DNA from: an uncultured Actinomycetota bacterium
GTDB taxonomy: Bacteria > Actinomycetota > Actinomycetes > Streptosporangiales > Streptosporangiaceae
Assembly (NCBI GenBank): GCA_963750405.1
Contig: CAVVQP010000002.1
Location: 134,134 to 198,133 of the forward strand
Direction of reading: 5' to 3'
DNA: 64,000 bases
Position 1 is the stretch's first letter. Every line of letters starts with the position of its first letter. A program made the position numbers and the translations under genes. Of the stretch, positions 1 through 8,935 are shown one piece after another. The notes under the pieces were generated by a model. The model saw only the letters and a list, made by a program, of their open reading frames with translations. It was not told the DNA's origin and did no database searches.

Positions 1-1058
1 CGCGTCGGAACCGCCGTTCACCGTGAAGGAGGTGAGGTAGCCGCCCGTGCTGATCGTGTGGGTGACCTCGGTCACCGTGTACGAGCCGCTGAACCTGCCG
101 ATCCCGGACAGCAATAGCCGCAGCCGGCCCGCAGCTCCGCCTGGCCGGCGCAGCTCCCCGTTCCGGTGACCAGTACCCGGCCCAAGTCGGCCACGATCCG
201 GTCGGCCATGGTCTTGGCCTCGGTGGCGCTTGTCACCTGAGCGTCGGCGATGACGAGCACCGAGTCACCGCCCGAGCCGCGCTGGATCGCCTCGCGGCCC
301 GCCGAGGCCAGCGCGCTGCCGCCCGAGACGGCCGAGCGCTGGGAGAAGCTCTGCTTTTGCAGCGGGTCCCAGCCGCGCACCTCGACCGCCATCACCTGGC
401 CCGTGAGCGAGAGCCTGGGCGTGAAGCTCCGCAGCGTCTGACCCCGGGCCAGCCTGACCGCCGGCCCTGGCGGCGGTCGCTCGGGCTCGAAATGCAGGGT
501 CCGGCCGTCGGCCCACAGCGAGAAGCCGTTGAGCGCCGCGAGTTGCCGGGCGAACGCGAGGTCGCTGATGTGGTTCTGAACCCGGGGCGTCCGGCGCGGC
601 GGGGTAGCGCGAACCGCCGGGCTCAGGCCCACATCGCGCGCGAGTCTGGTGACGATCTGGCTGTCAGGCATCCCGCTGCCGGGCTGCGACCCGGGGAAGA
701 CCCGGTAGGCGTTGCCCCTGGCCAGGTCATGCAGTAGGTCGAAGCCGTCGACGTGCACCAGCGGCGGCCCGTCGGCGGGAAACTCGGCGGCCAGGGCGGT
801 GATCCGGCCGGTGATCAGCCTGGTGGTCTTGCCCGAGTACCCGAAGCCGATGTCGACCACCATCCCCTCGGTGATCGGGCCGGCGGCCGGGGCGATCAGG
901 TCGAGCTCCGGATCATAGAGGTTGAAGCTGAACTCGCCCGGCGGGTCCGTTCGCTGGGTCACGCTCACCTCGGTCACCCGGTGGGCGACGGCAGGGGCCA
1001 GCGGCCTGCCGCCGACGGTGATGGTCACGCCGGGGAGAAAGACACCTGCCGTCGTCAT
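1..1058 (-). CDS. Contractile-injection-system spike/hub protein, phage late-control gpD / VgrG-like (Afp8-like); 3' partial, one frame break
   Basis: ORF 72-1058 has gpD-type sequence (GFGYSGKTTRLITGRITAL, ISDLAFARQLAALNGFSLWADGRTLHF). Its last ~16 aa look out of frame. The neighbouring frame over 1-~125 reads SGIGRFSGSYTVTEVTHTISTGGYLTSFTVNGG, the expected continuation. This implies a 1-nt break near 123, and the gene continues past the window start. Confidence 0.75.
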
Positions 1059-1086
1059 CGCTGTGTCACCATCACAGTGCTGGTCA

Positions 1087-1709
1087 TCACAGGGCCGGGA
1101 TCGACAGTTGCTGCCCGACGGCGAGCGTCAGCGGGTTGTCCAGCCCGCTGGCGCGGGCGATCGGCCGCCACTGACGCGGGTCGCCGTACTCGCGCGCCGC
1201 CATCGCGGCGAGCGTGTCACCGGCCCGCACCATGAGCGTTTCGCGCGGTCGGCGGACTCGAGCGGTATCCCGGCCAGCAGCCGGTCCAGCTTCTCGTCCC
1301 CGTGCAGGGTGACCGACAGTTCGGCGCGCAGCGGCACGCCGGCCGGGCTGAAGTACACGAACCGCTGGCTGACTCGCTCGAGCACGCAGGGGAAGGCGAG
1401 CGTGCCCCACATGAACAGCAGCCGGGGCGGCGCGTGCGTCTGCGGGGTCAGGTCGGTCAGGCCGACGATCAGCTCGGTGTGCAGCCGGACGTCGGTACCC
1501 GTGCTCGTAGTGTCGAAGAACAGGTCCATCGTGAGCGTCGGCGCGCCGCCGCGCACGAATTGCAGCAGCGACGAGCCCAGGCCGGGGATCTCGACCTCGG
1601 CGAACTGGTTCGACAGCTCGAGGGCGTACTCGGGCGGGTTGAACAGCACCGGGATGGCGATCCGGGGCGGAGGTTCCCGCACGACGATGAGCGCCTTGGA
1701 CAACGCCAT
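1087..1709 (-). CDS. CIS tube-fold protein with C-terminal LysM domain (Afp7/Pvc7-like tube initiator); one frame break
   Basis: The N-terminal ~155 aa of ORF 1128-1709 (PVLFNPPEYALELSNQFAEVEIPGLGSSLLQFVRGGAPTLTMDLFFDT) resemble eCIS tube-fold proteins. A LysM domain (TLMVRAGDTLAAMAAREYGDPRQWRPIARASGLDNPLTLAVGQQLSIPAL) lies in the frame of ORF 1087-1410. The break is near 1240. Confidence 0.7.
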
Positions 1710-1713
1710 GAGG

Positions 1714-2729
1714 TCAGCCCCTCCGTTCCCTGGCGAGCCGCTGCTGCCGTTGCAGCCTGGTGATCACGCGCTCGGCGATCGCGTCGAGGTCAGGCGGCCG
1801 CGCGGCCGGGGCGGCCGGCTGCGGGTCCCGGTGCGGCGGTGGCCAGGGCCGGTCCTGCTCGGCCGGACGGGGCGGCGCGGTCAGCTCGGCGGCGTGATCG
1901 GGCCGCCGGGCCTGATCGGCCGGCACCGGCCGGACGAGCAGGTCAGCCAGCTCGACCGGCGCGGTCACGGCGGCCACCAGATCCGTGCCTGGCCGCCATC
2001 CTGATACGGCCAGGTCGGCCGCGAACGCGCCAGGCGGCCGGCCTGATCAGGCCAGCGGGGGTGGTCAGGATTGACCGCGGGCGCCGCTGGCGCGGACCAG
2101 CCGGAACTCGATCGCCCTGGCCGCTGCCCGGCCACCGCCGCAGGAGAGCCGATCAGCCACGACGCCGAGCCGGCCGGGCCGCTCGATGAGGCGGGCGGGT
2201 TGCTTTCATCCTGAGGTTCCGTGCCCATCCGGTCGGCGCGGTTCGCCGTCGGCGCCGCAACGCGCGCTGGAACCCGGACCGGGCGGCCTGGCCCGGACGG
2301 CAGTCCTGAACTCGGTGGCACGGTGTTCGGTGGCACGGTACTTGGCAGCACGGTGTCTGGCGGCATGGTGTCCGGTGGCATGGTGTCCGGTGGCACGTTC
2401 TTCGGCGGCACGGTGCTAGCCAGCCCGGTGCTAGCCGGCCCGGTGTTAGTCCGCCCGGTGTTAGTCCGCCCGGTGTTAGTCGGCCTGGTGCGCAGGGGCT
2501 GATCCCCTGCCGGCCGGGAGAATCGCGCTCCGGCTGGCGGCGGCTCCGTGCCGGGCTGGCCACTGCGATTCGGTGCGTGGGCACGGAGACCGGCCGGCCA
2601 GGGCTGGCGGACCTGCCCGATGACGGGCCGGCGGGCCGAGAGCCGCAACGCGCCCTCCAGCCCGGCCGGGCGCCATGCCAGGCGCCCGCCTCCCATCGGG
2701 CCAGGGACCGGCTCTCCGGCCGCGCTCAC
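1714..2729 (-). CDS. Pro-rich repeat protein, candidate tail-length (tape-measure-like) protein; one gene with a break near 1970 or two overlapping ORFs
   Basis: ORFs 1965-2729 and 1714-1977 overlap by 13 nt in different frames. The product is Pro/Ala-rich with pentapeptide repeats and a basic C-terminus (IAERVITRLQRQQRLARERRG). The start overlaps the upstream stop (ATGA at 2726-2729). Function is inferred only from position in the eCIS operon. Confidence 0.4.
2314..2490. repeat. 15-nt (pentapeptide-coding) tandem repeats inside the Pro-rich gene
   Basis: The minus-strand product reads TNTGR TNTGR TNTGP ASTGL ASTVP PKNVP PDTMP PDTMP PDTVL PSTVP PNTVP. Adjacent units are identical at DNA level (ggcatggtgtccggt x2; ccgcccggtgttagt x2-3). 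Confidence 0.7.
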
Positions 2730-2884
2730 GGGCGTCCGCCGGCGATCAGCCGGGCCTGCCGCACCCAGCGCCTGCGCTCGGCGTGATCCAGGCGCATGAG
2801 TTCCTCATACGGCCAGTGGAAGTGGTACGCGAGCACGGCTACCTCCTCGTGAAGCTGGTCGAGGGGGTAGCCGCGGATTCCCCC
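2726..2884 (-). CDS. DUF6760-like small helical module with no start codon of its own; in -1 frame relative to the upstream ORF
   Basis: The frame of ORF 2726-2929 reads GGIRGYPLDQLHEEVAVLAYHFHWPYEELMRLDHAERRRWVRQARLIAGGRP, typical of the small conserved protein in actinobacterial eCIS loci. There is no ATG/GTG/TTG between the junction and the conserved part. The junction lies at a G5 run (2880-2884). Confidence 0.5.
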   Translation of the reverse strand, partial: GGIRGYPLDQLHEEVAVLAYHFHWPYEELMRLDHAERRRWVRQARLIAGGRP

Positions 2885-3243
2885 GTGGCGTCCACCTCCA
2901 CCTCGAACGGCCGGTCGCAGTGCGGGCACTCCACCTTCAGCGCCGACGTGCCCGAGCCGTTGATCCGGTTGTAGAAGTCCTGCAGGTAGCCGAGATCGGC
3001 GGCGAACAGGCCCTCGATCACCTTGGGGTTGATCACCTCGACCGACCCGAGCGCGGTGACCACCCGGGAGAGCAAGATGATCGCCAGGTACGCCGGGTTG
3101 GCCTGCACCCGAGGGTCCTTGAGCGGCAGGATCTCGTCGGCGGCCGTGGCCATCCGCATGCGCCCTTCCTTGTGCAGCTCGCCCTGAGCGTCCAGGTAGC
3201 CGGTGGGCAGCACGAAGCCGAACTCGGTCTGAAGGTCGCTCAC
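2839..3243 (-). CDS. Conserved eCIS accessory protein in the tail-assembly-chaperone position
   Basis: 134-aa ORF directly downstream of the tube gene (24-nt gap). It contains the segment RMATAADEILPLKDPRVQANPAYLAIILLSRVV and CPHC near the C-terminus. Its last ~13 aa (ESAATPSTSFTRR) look like out-of-frame read-through. Confidence 0.55.
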   Translation of the reverse strand: MSDLQTEFGFVLPTGYLDAQGELHKEGRMRMATAADEILPLKDPRVQANPAYLAIILLSRVVTALGSVEVINPKVIEGLFAADLGYLQDFYNRINGSGTSALKVECPHCDRPFEVEVDATGESAATPSTSFTRR

Positions 3244-3267
3244 GCCTGTGCCTTCAGGACTGGGGCC

Positions 3268-3693
3268 TCACGCCTGTTCCAGCCTTTCGCACGTCAGGGT
3301 CAGCGTGTGCAGGGCTACCTCATTGGCGGTCGCCGACAGGTCGGGGCCGGTGATCTCGCTCGGCCAGCCGCCGAAGAAGTTCCACCGCAGCTTCTCGGTG
3401 TTGTCGTCGCCGAGCAGCACGATCGAGCCGTTCTTGCGCAGTACCGTGCCGGCGACCGCGGTCGCGTGCCAGTTGTACAGTTCCCGTGAATCAGTGATCC
3501 CCCACTTGAGGGTGATGTCGGGGTAGCTGACCTTGCCCGGCAGCTTGCGCACCGTCGGCCCGTCCCCGCCCTCCCGGTACTCGACCGTTTCCACCTTGGA
3601 GCCGAAACCAGAGACATCGGCGAATCCTGCCTGCGTGATGCCGTCTATTTCCAGCAAGAACCGGTAATTCTTATACGGATCTACCCGCGCCAT
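3268..3693 (-). CDS. Contractile tail tube protein (T4 gp19 / Afp1-like)
   Basis: Intact 141-aa ORF. MARVDPYKNYRFLLEIDGITQAGFADVSGF...VEYREGGD...KLPGKVSYPDITLKWGI is the hallmark N-terminal pattern of this family. A GGAAGGA-type RBS sits in the 22-nt gap after the sheath gene. Confidence 0.9.
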   Translation of the reverse strand: MARVDPYKNYRFLLEIDGITQAGFADVSGFGSKVETVEYREGGDGPTVRKLPGKVSYPDITLKWGITDSRELYNWHATAVAGTVLRKNGSIVLLGDDNTEKLRWNFFGGWPSEITGPDLSATANEVALHTLTLTCERLEQA

Positions 3694-3715
3694 GCGAACC
3701 GTTCCTTCCCGCGAG

Positions 3716-4881
3716 TCAGCTGCCGGTAATCTGCTCGACCCTGAAGATGACGAATTCGGCGGGCTTGACGATCGCCACGCCTACTTCGGTGACCAACTGG
3801 CCGAGTTCCCGAACGGCCGGGGGGTTGGTCGTGGCGTCGCACCTGACGTAGAACGCCTGCTGCGGCGTGGTGCCGAAGAGCCGCCGGCCCGCCATTCACT
3901 GAGCAGGAAATCGCCGACGTTCCGGATGACCCGCTGCCACAGCGACGGGCTGTTGGGCTCGAACACGACCCAGCGAGTGCCGTCGATAATCGATTCCCGC
4001 AGGTAATTGAAATACCGGCGGGTGCTGACATAGCGGAACTCGGGGGTGTTGTCGTCGGCCAGCGTCCGCGCGCCCCAGACCGTGACGGTGCCGCCGAAGG
4101 ACCTGATCACGTTGATGCCCTCGGGGTTCAGCCCGTCCTGCTGCGCCTGGGTTACCTTGGTGGCCACGTCGAGCGCACCGGTCACCGCCACGTTCGCCGG
4201 CGCCTTGAAGACGCCGCGGGTCGCGTCGGTATTGGCATAGATGCCGGCCAGGTGGCCGGACGGCGCGACCTGGGCCGGGGCGCCCGCGACCGGGTCGAAT
4301 ACCGTGATCGGTGGGAAGTACAGGCCCGCGTAGCTGCCCTGGGCGCTGCGGCCCTCGGGGCGGATCTCGCTGGGCACGAGGCCCGGCGACGGCGCGCCGT
4401 CGAGGATCGCGACCCGGTCGGTGAGCTTGACGCAATGCGCGATGAGGGCGCTGTGCTGGACGTTGGTCAGCGCGCCCGGAATAGCGACGATCGCGATCTC
4501 GTCGATCGGCTCGAACGCCTCGAGCAGCGTCGACGGATCGACCAGCGAGGACGAGTCCGCCGACCGCTGGACCCAGCAGCGAGTGCCGCCGTTGTTAAAG
4601 AACCCGTACACGGCGTTCGCCAGCACCTGGTTCTCGGCATGGAAGTCGCCGAACGCGTTGCGGAAGTCCGCCCAGCTCGTGAGCAGGGTCGGATGGCCGG
4701 CGGGGGCGACGGTGTAGTAGTCGCCGGCGGCCGTCCCGGTGTGTCCCGGCAGTTGCGGCATCGGCACGGTGTCGGCGACCACGCCGATGAATCCGGCCGT
4801 CGATGTGCCCACGCCGCTGATCGGCCGGACCATCGGCGGGACCTCTTCGACGTAGACGCCAGGTGACAGGTATGTAGGCAT
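3716..4881 (-). CDS. Contractile tail sheath protein (Afp2-4-like); one frame break
   Basis: ORF 3781-4881 starts MPTYLSPGVYVEEV, the canonical sheath N-terminus. After ...LSEWRAGG the frame is lost (near 3880). The adjacent frame reads LFGTTPQQAFYVRCDATTNPPAVRELGQLVTEVGVAIVKPAEFVIFRVEQITGS with a stop at 3716-3718. Confidence 0.9.
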
Positions 4882-4938
4882 CCCGGGCGGGTCCTCCCTT
4901 CAGGTGGTGCGCAGGTTGTGGTTTGTCGAAAGCTGAGC

Positions 4939-5794
4939 TCAGGGCGGCAGGCTGACGTCGTCGCCGGCCGTCGCGGTGGCAGGCACGCTGACGGCAGGCT
5001 GGGCCGTTGAGCTCCCGTCGGCCGAGACCGTGCGCAGGACGTACTCGCCGGCCTGCAGGCCGGTGAAGCTGAACTGGCCGAGCGCGTCGGTGACCGCGGC
5101 CGGCCGCCGGGCTCCAGGGTGACCGTCGCCTGGCCGGCCGGGCTGCCGCCTCGTCGGACTGTGCCGGCGATCTGGAAGGCGGCATCCGCGGCCGGTGCCG
5201 CCTCGGCGGTCAGGCCCAGGTCGACCTGGCTGGTCAGGACTGCCGGCCCGAGATCGATGGCCGAGGCGAGCTCCATGCTGATCGTCACGGCCAGGTTGAG
5301 CGAGGGCCGGGGCGCGATGCCCAGGGCTGACCAGGTCCAGTAGTCCCCGGTGTCGGCGCCGGGACCCGGGCGCGCGAGCACCACCGGCGGCGGGATCTCC
5401 TGGCCGGCCAGGCTGCCCTGCAGGTAGCTAGCCGGGATCACCGGGAATTGCCGTAGCCAGATCAGCGCCTGACCGAGCAGCTGATGCTCGGCCAGCACCT
5501 GCGCCGGACCGCGGCCAGCGACGGGTCGGCCCACGTCGTCACCAGGTAGGAGCAGGCGACCCGCAGGGGCGGCGGCCGCAGCACGAAGCCGCCGCCTTGC
5601 TCGACAAGGCCGGGCACCGGGTCGTGCAGTTCGACATTCTCCCTGACGTCGCGCAGGAAGAGGTTGACGGTGGGCAGCGCGGGCGCGTAGTCCCGGCCAG
5701 GGGTGGCGAAACTGACGTCGGCCTGGCGCAGCTCGGCCAGCGCGGCCGCGTCGTCCAGCAGCGCCCGCAGCGTGGCGTCCAGGTCATCGAACAT
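4939..5794 (-). CDS. DUF4255 tail terminator/cap protein (Afp16-like) with C-terminal carboxypeptidase-regulatory-like domain; two frame breaks
   Basis: MFDDLDATLRALLDD...ADVSFATPGRDY...PTVNLFLRDVRENVELH is a DUF4255-type N-terminus (ORF 5462-5794). It continues in the frame of ORF 4467-5534 (break ~5525). A third frame follows (break ~5105) reading AAVTDALGQFSFTGLQAGEYVLRTVSADG... to the stop at 4939-4941. Confidence 0.75.
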
Positions 5795-7939
5795 GGGCGG
5801 CCAGTCCCTCAGGGAACACCCGGCCGAGCTTGGAGCACTCGCGCCTGGCCGCGTGCAGCACGTTCGCCATCGTGATGACGCTGCCGTCGGCCGCCGCCAG
5901 GAAGGCGGCGGCGACGCCGATGTTGCGGATGCTGCCTCCGGTCATGGTCAGTTCCCTGGCCAGCAGGTCCAGGTCGAGGTCGGCGGCCAGCGGCGTCGGC
6001 GGCGGCCACACCCCGGCCCAGATGCGCTTGCGGCACGCTTCATCGGGAAACGGGAATCCGATCGTGAACGCGAGCCGCCGGGCGAACGCGTCGTCGAGGT
6101 TGTCCTGGAGGTTGGTGGCCAAGATCGCGACCCCGTCGTGCTCTTCCATCTTCTGCAGCAGGTAGGCGGTCTCGACGTTGGCGTACCGGTCGTGGGCGTC
6201 ACGAATCGCTGACCGCTTGCCGAACAGCGCGTCGGCTTCGTCGAACAGCAAGATGGCGCTGGCGTCCCTGGCGGCGGTGAAGACGCGGTCCAGGTTCTTC
6301 TCGGTATCGCCGATGTACTTGCTCACCACCCGGGACAGGTCGATCCGGTACAGGTCAAGGCCGAGCTCGCCGGCCACGATCGCCGCGCCCGTCGTCTTGC
6401 CGGTGCCCGGCGGCCCGGTGAACAGCGCGGCCACGCCCCGCCCGAACGGCAGCATGGCGCCAATGCCCCAGTCCGCGAGCACGCGCTCGCCGGAGGCGAC
6501 CCGGTCGCACAGCTCGAGGAGCTGAGCGAGCACGTCGGCGGGCAGCACCAGGTCGTCCCAGCTCGCCCGCGTCGGCAGCCACGTCGCGACCGCCGCCAGG
6601 TCGTGGCCGGTCTGCGCTCTCGCGGCGGCCATCAGGTCCGCTAGGGCCGAGAGGCCGGCCCAGCGCCGCCGCCGTCTCCGCCGCCACGGCGACCGCATCG
6701 GCGATCTGGCGGGGCGACAGGCGGAAGCGGCCGGCGAGGGTCTCGGCCGCCGCGCGGGCCTCGGCCGCCATGCCGGCCTCGGTCAGGTCGTGCGCGGCCA
6801 TGGCGTCGGTCCAGCAGCGGCGCCGATCGGCGAGGCAGGCGGCGGGAAAGTCGACGGTGACGACGCCCGGCGGCCCTGCCATCCGGTGCCGCCACGGTGC
6901 TGACCCGGTCAGCGCCAGCACGCCGTCGTCGGCCGCGACCTCCGCCAGGACCGCGTTGAGTACCCGGCTGGCCAGGCTCAGCGCTGAGTTCGTCGACACC
7001 GGTCAGGAATGGAAGCGCGCGGCGGAATCTGGCGTCCCGCAGCGCGAGCCTGACCAGCTCGGGCACGTCCTCCCCGTCGCTGGCGGGGCTGGCCAGATCG
7101 ACGGTGAGCAGGTCCCGGTCCAGCGCCGCCGCGAGCGCCAGCGCCGCCGCTGAGCAGCCGGCCCCGGTCCGCTCCCTAAAGTACAGGCGCAGTGGCCTGC
7201 CCGCCTCGGCGGCCCGCGCGGCATGGCCGATGAGCTCGGGCGGCAGCCCGAGTCCCACGCTGTTGCTAGCAGCGCTGTCGCTAGCTGGCGTCAGCGCGGC
7301 ATACCGCGCCAGCCTGGCGTCAAGCCCGGGCTGGCCGAGCAGGAAGCCGACGACCTGCTCGTCGACCTTCAGATAGTGCGCGAGCAGCGGCGGCTCAACC
7401 TGGACTGGATCGGCGATCAGGCGGATGATCCCGGCGGAGATCAGCGGAGCATCGGCGGCCAGCCGCGCCCGCCCGGCCAGCCTGGCCGCAAAAGACGGGC
7501 AGAGCAGGCCCAATGCGAGTTCCACGGTGGGCCTGCGCCGGGTCACGTCATCTTGCAGGAACGCGTACACGCGCTCGTAACGCAGGTCAACCTCGGGTGC
7601 GAGAGCGATCAGGACGAGTCCGGCATCGAAGGCGTCCGCAGGCGCGCAGATCCCGCCGGCCTCCAGCGTCGCCCGCAGCCAGGTCGCGCCGTCCTCGTCG
7701 ATGCTGTCGTGCGCGGTCTGGGCCGCCGCCCACGGCGACTCCCCAGGGGACCGGCCGAGCGACCGGGCGACGTCTTCGCCGGCCAGGTAGAGGCCTCGAA
7801 GATCGGCGTCTGCCTGGGAATTGCCGGTGTCGGCTACCGCTACCGCGACCGCGAGTCTCCTGTCGAGCTGCTGCAACGCGCGGAAAAGACCGCGCTCAGC
7901 TGTGCAGATTCGATCAAGAGGTGCCCGCACCCTCATCAA
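5784..7939 (-). CDS. eCIS AAA+ ATPase (Afp15-like); two frame breaks
   Basis: The C-terminal part (ORF 5784-6698) has Walker A GPPGTGKTT and Walker B ILLFDEADALFGKRS. The N-terminal parts lie in ORFs 6641-7939 and 6355-6999, with breaks near 6985 and 6655. It is the first gene of the minus-strand operon and overlaps the DUF4255 start by 11 nt. Confidence 0.8.
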
Positions 7940-8255
7940 CCCTCGGTTCTGGCTGCGTGTGAAATAGCCTCGCCACCACTCATATCCCAGCGCGCACAGG
8001 TAGGGGTAGTGGCGGCCCGGTAAGCATTTCCGCCCTTGCTTTACAACGGCTTTTGTGCGTTTATCGGCCAGCTTTGACGGCGTACCAGGTCCGGGGCTTG
8101 CCGTGCCCTGCGGGGAAGGTTTTCTGCAGGTCTGTGCAATGCCAACTTGGCAACGTCGCGCCCGGCGCGGCGCAGGCGCCTCACTAGGCCGGGCGAGAAC
8201 GATTGCAGCCCCATTTTACCCCGGTTTGTAGCCTCCTTTCCGGTTCGCATGGCTT

Positions 8256-8304
8256 GCGCAATTGATGTTGTGTTTCAGGTATTAATTCGCGCATTGATGT
8301 TGTG
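8256..8304. promoter_or_regulatory. Imperfect direct repeat GCGCA(A)TTGATGTTGTG x2, candidate operator upstream of the eCIS operon
   Basis: The two copies lie at 8256-8272 and 8289-8304 in a lower-G+C intergenic stretch ~320 nt upstream of the ATPase start. Only the repeat itself is seen; a regulatory role is speculative. Confidence 0.2.
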
Positions 8305-8444
8305 CCGCCAGAGCGGACGGCAGGGCCTGGCCAGGGAGATCGCTCTTGAGCTGGGACACGGCCTTTCGCGGAGATTTTTCAGCTATTAGAGTCCGCAGAT
8401 TGTTATCACGTATGATCTGGCGGGTCGCGCGGGCCTGGCCCCGC

Positions 8445-8496
8445 GCACCGCTGTGCCGTTGGTGCTGCTCACACGACACCAACGGCACAGCGGTGC
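8445..8496. repeat. Perfect 20-bp inverted repeat (hairpin, 12-nt loop)
   Basis: GCACCGCTGTGCCGTTGGTG - ctgctcacacga - CACCAACGGCACAGCGGTGC. No T-tract follows on either strand, so I do not call it an intrinsic terminator. Confidence 0.6.
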
Positions 8497-8519
8497 GAGC
8501 GGTCTCTCCCCCGCAAACT

Positions 8520-8760
8520 AGCTAGCAGGCCGGCTGGGCGCGGCGGAGCTGGTGCAGGGTCCAGCTTCGGCCGCCGGGATCGAGCGTCCTGGTCGTGGCG
8601 GCGAAAATCTCGGCGGCCCGGCGGTGCGACATGCGGGTGCGTCCGGTTAGCGGGCAGCGGTCGGCCGCTCGGGAAGCGCGCGCAGCCCGGCCGTCGGGTC
8701 GCGGCTGATCCAGTCCTGGTCAAGCCACTAGTTCACCGCGCTGCGCAGCGTGCGCGTGCT
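8520..8760 (-). pseudogene. Tyrosine-recombinase (phage integrase family) remnant, heavily deleted
   Basis: Minus-strand frames read ...WLDQDWISRDPTAGLRALPERPT... and ...GRSWTLHQLRR..., with stops and frame changes. These resemble the core-binding linker and the catalytic HxLR region of integrases. The assignment is weak and by eye only. Confidence 0.3.
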
Positions 8761-8935
8761 CATTTATCTTAACGCAACGCGTCGGGCCATTTACTGCGAC
8801 AACTCCAGCGGTCGGCGAATCATATTTGCCTCAAGCTGCTATTGACTGTAAAACTGACGCAATGCCGATACGGAAAGTCGCCTTAGGTTCCTACCGCAGT
8901 AAATTCACGGGAAGGTCGGCCAGGACGTCAGTGTC

